From the IMG/VR virus record IMGVR_UViG_3300042013_000067, positions 64,001 to 128,000 of that record: a stretch of DNA of 64,000 bases; one strand, 5' to 3'. Position numbers and translations under genes: made by a program. This stretch comes from a virus. Its lineage: Duplodnaviria > Caudoviricetes. This document shows positions 55,970 to 64,000 of the stretch, one piece after another. Within the stretch, counting starts at the first letter, position 1, and each line of letters starts with the position of its first letter. A model generated the notes under the pieces. It did not search any database. It had not been told where the DNA came from and saw only the letters and a list, made by a program, of their open reading frames with translations.

Positions 55970-57316
55970 TTAAAGTGGTTGCCAGTTTACGTTGTCGACT
56001 TTCACCCAGCACTGTAGACGCCACGATGCACGCGACTCAGAAGAGTTACCGTAGCCCCAGTAGCCGTCATAGTAGTTCATGACCAAGGCCAGAGCGCCGG
56101 GTGGCCAGATCTGGGTATTCGAGAAAGTGGCCGCTAGGGTAGCGGCTACGTTAGTACCGTAGGCACCCTGTACGTAGGTGATCTCAGTACCACGTTTAGC
56201 GAACTGAGTGATCTTGGCTGCGATATCAATAACCTGGTTGTTAGCAACCAAGGCATGTGTTGAGGTTAAACCACCGGCCAAGGTCAGCCGCTGCGTACCC
56301 ACACGACCACTGACGATCTGAGCGGCGTTCAGGTTACTCTTAACGTTACTCAGCAGAGCCGTCCAGTCATAGCCTTCCAACTTGTAAGTGCTGAAAGCAA
56401 GGGCGGTCTTATCCAGACGATCGAGCAGTTTCGCTTCGGTTTCTGGGATGGTGTAGGTATCCGCTTGAGCAGCAGTCACCCGGTGTGGGTTATCCGTACG
56501 GGCGATGTGCGCCGTCAGATCTGTTGAGAAGTTGACATCGATCATCTGCTTGAAACGCTGCACCGTCAGGTAACGTTGCTGCGAGTTGAAGCCCCGTGTA
56601 GTGGCTTCAGCCGAACTGACGATTGGATAGTTCACCACGTCGCTCAAGCCCACCTGTGTTTTGGTGACACGGTGTGGGTTATCCGCCGCCATATGCTGTT
56701 GCAGCGTGAGCAACAGGGTGTCAAACTCAAGGTCCAGTACATCCATGCGGGTATCGAAACCCAAACGGATATCTTGGTACGTACGCGCTGAGATTGACAG
56801 CTTAGCGATGGTGATCCGGTCGATGGCCTCAACCATCCCTTCGAACCCGTAGAGTTCCCACATGGCATGCAGGTGACCACCGACTTCGAAGGTATCTGGT
56901 TTACCCGTGATGTTACGATAAGTCGGGTTACGCGTCGGGTTAAGCAAACCAGCCGACATGTCTGCAATGGCAGGTGTTACATCACAGTACTTACCGCCCA
57001 CCATACTGGCGTTGATAAATACTTCTTGGGTGACTCGCGGATTGAGGATAACAATGACCGAACAGATTTCAAAGCCGGTCTCTTTCATCCCTGCCGCTGA
57101 AGCACCGACACACTGGTAGTCTTCGTCAGGTACCAACGGGTAACCCGCCGAGTCCTCAATCTCCAGGTGCTCGGTGTAGAAGTAACCATGATCCAACACA
57201 AGCGTTCGGTACGTCAACCCTGCTTGTTTGCTGAGGTCATGGTACTCACGCAGCATCCGGTTGCGCGGCAATCGACCCGTAGAGTCAAAAGGCAGCGCGT
57301 AAATGACTGGCGTCAT
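55970..57316 (-). CDS. Tail fibre paralog with NPH repeats
   Basis: ATG 57316. LPFDSTG....N; repeats HMAADNPHRVTKTQVGL and HIARTDNPHRVTAAQ. Confidence 0.75.
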   Translation of the reverse strand: MTPVIYALPFDSTGRLPRNRMLREYHDLSKQAGLTYRTLVLDHGYFYTEHLEIEDSAGYPLVPDEDYQCVGASAAGMKETGFEICSVIVILNPRVTQEVFINASMVGGKYCDVTPAIADMSAGLLNPTRNPTYRNITGKPDTFEVGGHLHAMWELYGFEGMVEAIDRITIAKLSISARTYQDIRLGFDTRMDVLDLEFDTLLLTLQQHMAADNPHRVTKTQVGLSDVVNYPIVSSAEATTRGFNSQQRYLTVQRFKQMIDVNFSTDLTAHIARTDNPHRVTAAQADTYTIPETEAKLLDRLDKTALAFSTYKLEGYDWTALLSNVKSNLNAAQIVSGRVGTQRLTLAGGLTSTHALVANNQVIDIAAKITQFAKRGTEITYVQGAYGTNVAATLAATFSNTQIWPPGALALVMNYYDGYWGYGNSSESRASWRLQCWVKVDNVNWQPL

Positions 57317-57327
57317 GGATATACCCC

Positions 57328-58707
57328 TTAGCCTAGAACGAACCAACCCGTTTGTGTACGGATACAGGCCCGGAAAGAATCGTGAGAACGTGGTGTGTTA
57401 GCACCGTTGGCGTAACGATAGGTTTCCACGTTGGTTACGGTGAAGATCACCACAGTGCCCCATGGGTAGGCCGCCTCGTTGGCGAAGGTAACCCGGATAT
57501 TGGCAAGGGCGGTGTCATTGTTGCCCTGATGCCCAGCCCAGTAGATCTCAGCACCACCACCCGCCGTGAACCAGATGTAAAGATCCGGGAAGCGAACCCA
57601 AGAACCTGTAGCGATCAGCAGTGTTTCGGCTGTCGGGGTATTGATCCCTAGTCGCGCTGGGTTGACACGGTTAACGTTAAAGTTAGCCGCGTTCAGGTTC
57701 ATCCGCATTTCGTTGTATGCGGGGATCTGACTGAGGTTTACCGTAGCACCGGGGTTGGAGGTCGTACGACCCATGATCCCGTTTGCACCCACCGCAGTAC
57801 CATCAACCGGCAGCTTAGTTTCAATACGGGTATCGAACGCCGACTTGATGTAGGTGTTGAGTTGCGCAGCGGTTGGGTTGTGGGTGGTGTAGCGCGCATC
57901 CAAGTGAGTTTGCAGTGGCAACTCACCGAACTGAGCCATCATGTCGAACACGCCACGGGTGGTCAGGTAGTGCGACGCACTGACCCCAGCCTTTGCCGTT
58001 ATGGTGTTGGCCACTGCATAGTTTTGCAGCTGATCCAGTAGCACGTCATTCTTGTCAACACCATGCGGGTTGGCTTGGTTGTTGACGTGTGAGCTAACCT
58101 GACCGGTGAAGCGGGCAATGAACTCTTGATAGCGCAGACGGATGTTATTCCGTTCTAGCGTTTCAGCATTACCGTCACCCGACGTGGTAGCGGCTGTAAG
58201 GCGTTCCACGGCCGAGTTGAGGTTACCGTAGTGGTAACGCTCCCAACGGTCCTCCTGAAGCTCCCCAGGCTGCCACTGAGGCTCATCACCGATATAGCCA
58301 GCCCATACTGGGACCACGCCATTCGGTAAGCCTTCCAGATAAGCGATGGTATCGTCTTCTACGGTCATCGAGAAGGCGTAATCACCCCCAACCAACTGAC
58401 CACCCAAAAGGACATAATCGGTTAATGCCGCATTGATCAATACCACCGCTGAACATATTTCAATGCCGACATAAGCACTGGCATCCACGTGTTTGTACGT
58501 GGCGATGTAGTCAACATTGGGCGTCAACAGTTTGAAAGTCTTGTCGTAAACTTTGAGGCTGGGGGAGTAAAAACCCCCTTGCGAGAACGAAACAACACGA
58601 TACGGTGTGTCACCCCGTGCCAGCAGGAGTTGTTTCTCACCGGGCACCAAGTTGGTCGGGCTGCGGCCCGTAGTATCCAACGGGTACTTGGAGATTACCA
58701 TAGGCAT
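57328..58707 (-). CDS. Tail fibre paralog with NPH repeats
   Basis: YPLDTTG.SPTNLV.GE...L...PYRVV....G.FY; repeat HVNNQANPHGVDK. Confidence 0.75.
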   Translation of the reverse strand: MPMVISKYPLDTTGRSPTNLVPGEKQLLLARGDTPYRVVSFSQGGFYSPSLKVYDKTFKLLTPNVDYIATYKHVDASAYVGIEICSAVVLINAALTDYVLLGGQLVGGDYAFSMTVEDDTIAYLEGLPNGVVPVWAGYIGDEPQWQPGELQEDRWERYHYGNLNSAVERLTAATTSGDGNAETLERNNIRLRYQEFIARFTGQVSSHVNNQANPHGVDKNDVLLDQLQNYAVANTITAKAGVSASHYLTTRGVFDMMAQFGELPLQTHLDARYTTHNPTAAQLNTYIKSAFDTRIETKLPVDGTAVGANGIMGRTTSNPGATVNLSQIPAYNEMRMNLNAANFNVNRVNPARLGINTPTAETLLIATGSWVRFPDLYIWFTAGGGAEIYWAGHQGNNDTALANIRVTFANEAAYPWGTVVIFTVTNVETYRYANGANTPRSHDSFRACIRTQTGWFVLG

Positions 58708-58785
58708 TTTGCACTCCGAAGCGATATTCGAAAAATAAGTAGGGTAGACATGGTGCCGAAACGACCATGTCTACCCTAGTTAGGT

Positions 58786-59106
58786 TTAGCTGTCGAGGTC
58801 AGCGATCGTCGCATCGAACAGAGTAATCAACGGATCATAGATAGTTGCCGTTGCGTATTCGTCTGCACGTTTCGGTGACATCACCGTGTTGTTGTTTACA
58901 CCAGCCGCCGCCTGTTCTGGCGTGGCAGGGGCACGGTTCTGAACTTTACTCAACCCCACGTCGAACTTGTCAACGCGATGTGGGTTGCTAACGTCCAGGA
59001 TGTGACCTTTAACTTGAGTGATCGCAAACTCAAGCTTGGTCTTCTGTGCCGCATACAGCGAACCGAGCGTCGTAATAAACGTCGTGAACGCACTAGACAT
59101 GCTCAT
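58786..59106 (-). CDS. Small fibre-associated protein with a single NPH repeat
   Basis: HILDVSNPHRVDKFDVGLSKVQNRAPAT..QA..G...MSP. Confidence 0.75.
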   Translation of the reverse strand: MSMSSAFTTFITTLGSLYAAQKTKLEFAITQVKGHILDVSNPHRVDKFDVGLSKVQNRAPATPEQAAAGVNNNTVMSPKRADEYATATIYDPLITLFDATIADLDS

Positions 59107-61222
59107 ACATCACCTCCTCGTTCCAGTCCAGCGCATTACCAGCAACATTACCCCAGAACTCCACATTCGAACGATCATCGATGAAGACCGTGAAGCCCTT
59201 ACCGCAAGCAAAGTCCTGCACTGGGACGTCTACTTCGTTCTCGCAAGCAGGCACAGTACCGTACCAGCTGAGCTTACCGGTGTCCAACAACACCCCGGAG
59301 TGACTGAAAGAGCCGCTGATGCCGGTCGGGTTACCGACCGGTGCTGCGATCTCAGTCAACGTTACACCCGCCGTACGGTCGATGGTGTACACCTTCACCA
59401 CGTTTGGATCAGCACTCAGCTGGTCGCCAAACATCGCGATCAGATGGGTGTCGCTGATAACCATATCCAGCAACTGGTCCAGCAGACTCGCGGTTGTCCA
59501 TGCTGTGATCAAGGCATCAAAGGCGGTAACGAATGCAGCCAAGCCGTAAGCATACACGGTGGCTGTCTCGTCTGTGTACACCACCATCTCACCTGCTTGG
59601 GCGTTCTCAGTGTTGCACCATACCTCGGTGCAGGTGGAACTGAGTTGCGAGGCGTTGGCTGGACCGGTGGTGCGTACCAGACGACCGTCTTCGCACTGGA
59701 TGTAGATCGCGGTCTTGGTGGCCACGATCTTACCCGCTGCGTTGGCTGGAACGAAACTCCCGCCAGTAGCATAGGACGTGTGTGGCGTCAGGGCACCGGC
59801 GGCGTTGTGCTTGGTAACCGAACCGTTGGCCGCAATAGACAGGACGTTGTTACTGTGGATGACTTGCCCACCAGTACCGCTGGTCACAATCGGTGGGTAG
59901 GTCAGGCTTGGCAGTGCTTTGAGATGGGCTTCACCTTGGGCACCGACGATGGCGTAACCACCCTCCCCAGCATAAGCTTCACTTGGACGCAGTGCATCAC
60001 GTGCCACGTTGCTGGTATTGAGGTCGGCCGTGTAAGTAGACCCGACACCACTGATCAATGCCGTACCGTCAACGATCGCTGCGGACGTCTGAGTCAGCTG
60101 GTCTTCCATCTCGGCTTCTTCGACGACCAAGTCCATGAACTGGGCAAAGTCATAACCGTTGAAACGTACAGCATCGCCTGAACCACTGGCGTTGATCAAG
60201 TCTTGAATCTGAGCCGTGGTCAACGTACCCACTTGCGCAGCCGTGACTTGATGCGGGTTATCACGCCGAGCAATGAAGGTCTGCAGCTCCAGTTCCAACG
60301 AATCCAAACGACCGGTAGGCATGGTAGCCTGGATCATCAGTGCGGTGGAGTAGGGCGACATCAATGCCGCATCGTTCAGTGGATCAATCGCTTGAGCCGC
60401 GGTCGCCAGTGGCAAGTTCGGGGTCAGGGGCAAACCTACCTGAGCCTTGGTGACCTCGTGTGGGTTGGCCTTGTTGTTGATGTGCGCATTCAGTGGGGTC
60501 AGCGCAAAGTTGTTGATTGCGTGATACACCGTACGCGGCGTGGTGTAACCACTCGCGAAGTTGACGTTCAGTGCTTCGACCAAAGTTGCCAGTGGTAAGT
60601 TTACCACCAGACCCAAACCAACCTGAGCGGCCGTTACTTGGTGTGGGTTACTGCGGTTGTCGATGTGAGATTGACTCGAACCGGCGGCTGCGGCTTCAAC
60701 GGCTGCAGCGATACCCTGGATCGCTTCTTCAAGATCATCACTGCCCACCAAGCGATCCACGGATTGATCGTGGGCGATTGTAGGGAAGCGAGCAGGCAGA
60801 CCATCGATCTGTTCCCAAGAACGCACGATGGGGTTGAGTTGTTTGTTCGAGAGCTCAGCCAGAATCGCGTTAGCACTGAAGCCCCATTGCCCACCGACTG
60901 TGTGATAACGCAGACGGATGTTACCGACAATGGACTTCTTGAGAATTCGGATCGAACCTGCGATCGGTCGTTTCAACGACTTCATCGCATCGACGAAATA
61001 GTGCCCGATAACGTAGTCGGTACCTTCGGCGTACTCCACACCTGTAACGTGGTTGTACACTTTCAGGGTTTCAACGTAATAGGGCGCCGCATGCGGGATA
61101 ATGAAGTAGTAATCATCCAGCCCCGGCGTCTGTAACGTTTGGACCTCGGCTGTGATTAGGTTAAGCGGATTGGAGCAATATAGGTCCTCATCATAAAGAC
61201 CGGTATCGGAATGCGTGGACAT
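59093..61222 (-). CDS. Long tail fibre with NPH repeats and an RCC1/BLIP-II-like C-terminal region
   Basis: ATG 61222. Three NPH.VT.AQVG repeats; C-terminal GSFSHSGVLLDTGKLSWYG and FACGKGFTVFIDDRSNVEFWG resemble beta-propeller blades. Confidence 0.7.
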   Translation of the reverse strand: MSTHSDTGLYDEDLYCSNPLNLITAEVQTLQTPGLDDYYFIIPHAAPYYVETLKVYNHVTGVEYAEGTDYVIGHYFVDAMKSLKRPIAGSIRILKKSIVGNIRLRYHTVGGQWGFSANAILAELSNKQLNPIVRSWEQIDGLPARFPTIAHDQSVDRLVGSDDLEEAIQGIAAAVEAAAAGSSQSHIDNRSNPHQVTAAQVGLGLVVNLPLATLVEALNVNFASGYTTPRTVYHAINNFALTPLNAHINNKANPHEVTKAQVGLPLTPNLPLATAAQAIDPLNDAALMSPYSTALMIQATMPTGRLDSLELELQTFIARRDNPHQVTAAQVGTLTTAQIQDLINASGSGDAVRFNGYDFAQFMDLVVEEAEMEDQLTQTSAAIVDGTALISGVGSTYTADLNTSNVARDALRPSEAYAGEGGYAIVGAQGEAHLKALPSLTYPPIVTSGTGGQVIHSNNVLSIAANGSVTKHNAAGALTPHTSYATGGSFVPANAAGKIVATKTAIYIQCEDGRLVRTTGPANASQLSSTCTEVWCNTENAQAGEMVVYTDETATVYAYGLAAFVTAFDALITAWTTASLLDQLLDMVISDTHLIAMFGDQLSADPNVVKVYTIDRTAGVTLTEIAAPVGNPTGISGSFSHSGVLLDTGKLSWYGTVPACENEVDVPVQDFACGKGFTVFIDDRSNVEFWGNVAGNALDWNEEVMYEHV

Positions 61223-61334
61223 GTGGGTCTCCTGCGTGACGACAACCCTTTCGTGAAAAAATACGAGCACATAGAATTGTCGGCTAAAGATGTAACTATA
61301 ATAATGATGTGGACATTTTAACGAGGAGAGCCTC

Positions 61335-62585
61335 ATGTATCAGCTAGTGCGTGCACGCCACCGTAAGGATCGTCGTGCTGGCCGTTGGGTCGAAGCCGAT
61401 CTTAGCAATGCGCTGGTGTCTACCCTCTCCACGGTTTATGGTGATGTTTTCCTCTACATTACTTGGCCTGGATTGACTGGGGTGAAAGCACTACGCTTTG
61501 ATAATACCGCATTGTTCCGTCAAGGCATTGCCGCTGACTTAACCGTGCAAGCGTGGTTGACCAACCTAGGTAACACCACCCTACCCTGGGAAGCCATAGC
61601 ACCGGACGAAACCATCCGTTTGGTGGAATACGGGCAAGCGTGGCATATGGGCTACGACATTCAAACCCGTGGTCGTAACGGCAATATCAATTCCAGTGTC
61701 AGCTCCTATGTCCAAGAGGACTTAATGCTGACACACCCTAATCCCAAATTCACACCACAGTACATCGATGATTACTCAATCTTCTCCGTAAACGGTTTCT
61801 ACCATCTGTCTGACTGGGGCACTGATGGTGTTCGCATCGTGGACGGGAATAAGACTGTTCGTCGCAGTAACGATAACCAAGTGGGTCTAACCAGCTTCGA
61901 AAACATTGGCAAGATCCGCAAGGTTCCTATTACGGCAGATATGCTAAGCAAGCAGAATCAGAACACCCTGTACAGTTCGGTGACTTACGTTACCCTACCT
62001 CCGACAGTGGACCTGGTTAATAAGACGGTAATGCTGATTCTCGGTGGCTACATGTCTCCGTTCAGCAAGTCTTATCTGCGTACTGGCGACCGTACATGGC
62101 GGTTGGACTTGAAGAACAATCTGTTCCTTGAGCGTTACATCGAGAGCGTCAAGGGTATGGACATGTCGGCCTTAGGGTTGTCAGACGATCCCAACAACCG
62201 TACGTTGTTCTCCGTGCAAGAGATGTTGAGCGATTCGGCGATGGTGGCTTACCTTACCATGTCGCAGTCCTTCTTCGTAATCATCGATGCACCGAGCATG
62301 TTCCATGACTTGGTGCCGTTAGAGTACGCAGGCTTTCCGGGTCGTTATCTAAACCGGGATGGTCGACAACTACCGGTGGTGGGTGCTTACGGTCGAGCGC
62401 TGGAATACCACACTATCCACGAACACGGCATCTGGGTTTACGCAGCGTCCAACAACATGCGTTTTGACTACACGGCCAACTTTGGTAACTGGACCAATGA
62501 CACGTTGGTGAATGGTGGTCTGTATCCATACACCCCGCGGCGTCCAGCTGAGGCTTACTTGCGTATCCTTGGCACTGAAGGCTAA
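61335..62585 (+). CDS. Conserved virion structural protein
   Basis: 416 aa, SD GAGGAG. SIFSVNGFYH, QVGL.SFE.IG, LILGGY, YL.MSQSFFV. Confidence 0.75.
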   Translation: MYQLVRARHRKDRRAGRWVEADLSNALVSTLSTVYGDVFLYITWPGLTGVKALRFDNTALFRQGIAADLTVQAWLTNLGNTTLPWEAIAPDETIRLVEYGQAWHMGYDIQTRGRNGNINSSVSSYVQEDLMLTHPNPKFTPQYIDDYSIFSVNGFYHLSDWGTDGVRIVDGNKTVRRSNDNQVGLTSFENIGKIRKVPITADMLSKQNQNTLYSSVTYVTLPPTVDLVNKTVMLILGGYMSPFSKSYLRTGDRTWRLDLKNNLFLERYIESVKGMDMSALGLSDDPNNRTLFSVQEMLSDSAMVAYLTMSQSFFVIIDAPSMFHDLVPLEYAGFPGRYLNRDGRQLPVVGAYGRALEYHTIHEHGIWVYAASNNMRFDYTANFGNWTNDTLVNGGLYPYTPRRPAEAYLRILGTEG

Positions 62586-62588
62586 ACA

Positions 62589-62629
62589 CGGCATAAAGCC
62601 CCTCCCATCACGGGAGGGGCCTATGTCCG
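62589..62629. terminator. Conserved palindromic hairpin at a convergent junction
   Basis: CGGCATAAAGCCCCTCCC-ATCAC-GGGAGGGGCCTATGTCCG. Confidence 0.8.
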
Positions 62630-62631
62630 CC

Positions 62632-63333
62632 TCATACGGGGCGGAACACACTGAAGCATGATGCGTCGATGAAATGGATGTTCATGTATTCCATCAAGTA
62701 CAGACGGAACTTAGTGACTTCATCCTGTTTGTCTTCGATAGACAGTCGGGAGGCGTCATGCTCAAACAACCTCGGTACGATCAGGTTAAACCCTTGGGTC
62801 CGATTCAACACCAAGTTCTTCAGATGGATTTTGATCCAGTCATTGAACAAGTACATGAAACCCAGTGCGTAGGTATCGGTGAGGAACTTCGGCGTGACGG
62901 CCTCAGGGGGTCTGGACATGAACGTAATGCGTGGTTTAAACCCAAGACGATAGACAAAGAAATCAATAAAGGCTTCCATCTCGATATCGTCGAACGTGTA
63001 TGGCCAGATGTTGACGTCGATTGCCATCTCGCGGTTAGGACGACCATCATTCATGGCAATCTCGTTTTCACTGATCATCTTGATCAACGGGGCGAAGATG
63101 TTGGTCATCACTGAGGCGTGCAGCGTCGCGTTATCGCGTTTAGCGAAACGTTCCTGGAACTCAGCCTCGCCGATCTTACCACCGGTGAGTTTATGCCAGT
63201 GGTCTGATTCACGAAACCAATAGTCGTCACGCTTGAGTAGATCAGTCGCTACCTGTGGGTAGATAACACCTAGAGTAGCTAGTCGAGTGTCGAAGATAGA
63301 TTCGAGGTCAATGTAAACCCTAGACAGATCCAT
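62632..63333 (-). CDS. Conserved hypothetical protein with a degenerate HAD-like N-terminal motif
   Basis: ATG 63333 (TAATG overlap). RVYIDLESIFDTRLATL, IDVNIWPY. Confidence 0.7.
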   Translation of the reverse strand: MDLSRVYIDLESIFDTRLATLGVIYPQVATDLLKRDDYWFRESDHWHKLTGGKIGEAEFQERFAKRDNATLHASVMTNIFAPLIKMISENEIAMNDGRPNREMAIDVNIWPYTFDDIEMEAFIDFFVYRLGFKPRITFMSRPPEAVTPKFLTDTYALGFMYLFNDWIKIHLKNLVLNRTQGFNLIVPRLFEHDASRLSIEDKQDEVTKFRLYLMEYMNIHFIDASCFSVFRPV

Positions 63334-63797
63334 TAGACTTGCACCACCGTCCACAGGTCACGGAACATCAACACGGACATCAGACCCACGAGGCCAGGGA
63401 TCGTAGCCGCATTGAAACCGACGGATGCTTTGGCGCTAATGGTTTCGATAAAGTCTTTATCGACCACCTGATCATTCATGGCAGTAGTCAAGAACATGGC
63501 GTTGATTGCCGCTAGGAATTCATCATGCATCCCTTCGAGGGTCATTAGTCCTAGGCAGATACGTTCGAACTTGATCAGGGTCATGTGTACCGGCACGTCA
63601 TTACGGATCTCATCCCACAGGCCCGTACGGATAGCGGTAGAGCCAGCGTGGAACCAGTTCTGATTCGCAGCGATGGTGTCAACGGTCTGTACCACAGCAT
63701 CCATGACCTTACGGCTAGAATCTTTGGTAAAGGCGGCCAAGAGGTTATGCAAGGCCAAAGCGTATTGCTTACGGCACTGATCGACACGGGAGTCCAT
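63333..63797 (-). CDS. Hypothetical protein
   Basis: 154 aa, SD AAGGA, helical. Confidence 0.7.
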   Translation of the reverse strand: MDSRVDQCRKQYALALHNLLAAFTKDSSRKVMDAVVQTVDTIAANQNWFHAGSTAIRTGLWDEIRNDVPVHMTLIKFERICLGLMTLEGMHDEFLAAINAMFLTTAMNDQVVDKDFIETISAKASVGFNAATIPGLVGLMSVLMFRDLWTVVQV

Positions 63798-63812
63798 ATC
63801 GGTTCCTTGTGG

Positions 63813-64000
63813 TTAGAGATTATTTTGAATATGCATAGCCTTGAGGATAACCTTCAGGCTTTCGGTAGCTTTCACGGAGGAGGGTACTTGCGCCATGATC
63901 GAATCCAGCGACACACTGCCGGTCTCGTAAATGGCTTTGTTCATCGCAGCGTAAGACTTGGCGTCACCAGCACGGAACTTAACCAGCTCCAGCAGCATCT
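63813..64000 (-). CDS. 3' end of a virion RNA polymerase beta-like subunit (phiKZ gp149-like; partial)
   Basis: EMLLELVKFRAGD...M...I...G.VSL...VK.T..L...L.AMH..NNL* corresponds to the beta C-terminal E.LT.KSDD region in its phiKZ form. Runs off the window end. Confidence 0.75.
   Translation of the reverse strand, partial: MLLELVKFRAGDAKSYAAMNKAIYETGSVSLDSIMAQVPSSVKATESLKVILKAMHIQNNL

Noticed and set aside
1737-62629. Palindrome family as CRISPR repeats or transposon ends
   Set aside because: Copies are single and dispersed at gene junctions. There are no spacers, target-site duplications or transposase.
62632-63333. Active HAD phosphatase
   Set aside because: The first motif reads DLES rather than DxD, and the later HAD motifs are not evident. 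Kept only as a degenerate HAD-like hypothetical protein.

Overview
This window is a densely coding 64-kb segment of a phiKZ-like, nucleus-forming jumbo phage (Chimalliviridae). The host is most likely Pseudomonas, inferred from synteny and from a phage-encoded homolog of the Pseudomonas regulator AmrZ. From left to right it holds: (i) a late structural block (1-18.9 kb) with baseplate and tail proteins and tandem paralogous inner-head proteins carrying acidic propeptides and S/A/G-x-E protease sites; (ii) an early accessory island (18.9-24.8 kb) with repeated promoter motifs, many small membrane proteins, a DarG-like macrodomain, an AmrZ-like RHH protein and a stand-alone terminase-like fragment; (iii) DnaB helicase, major capsid protein, a non-virion RNAP beta-like subunit and the portal; (iv) a collagen-repeat fibre cassette, a lysis cluster (muramidase endolysin, holin candidate, overlapping spanins), RuvC, two 2OG-Fe(II)-fold proteins and a paralogous family of NPH-repeat fibres; (v) the 3' end of a virion RNAP beta-like gene. 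A family of conserved palindromes (CATAAAG-CCCTCCC..GGGAGGG-CTTTATG) marks many gene junctions. I found no tRNA, rRNA, CRISPR array, reverse transcriptase, integrase, intron or intein. The leading candidates for new biology are the AmrZ chimera, a divergent gp49/gp66 (Acb4-type) sponge in a late operon, a possibly head-packaged ART-fold protein alongside a macrodomain eraser, the terminase fragment coupled to DnaB, and an oxygenase/pseudo-oxygenase pair in the fibre region. All family assignments come from motif recognition by eye, and phiKZ gp numbers are recalled rather than searched.
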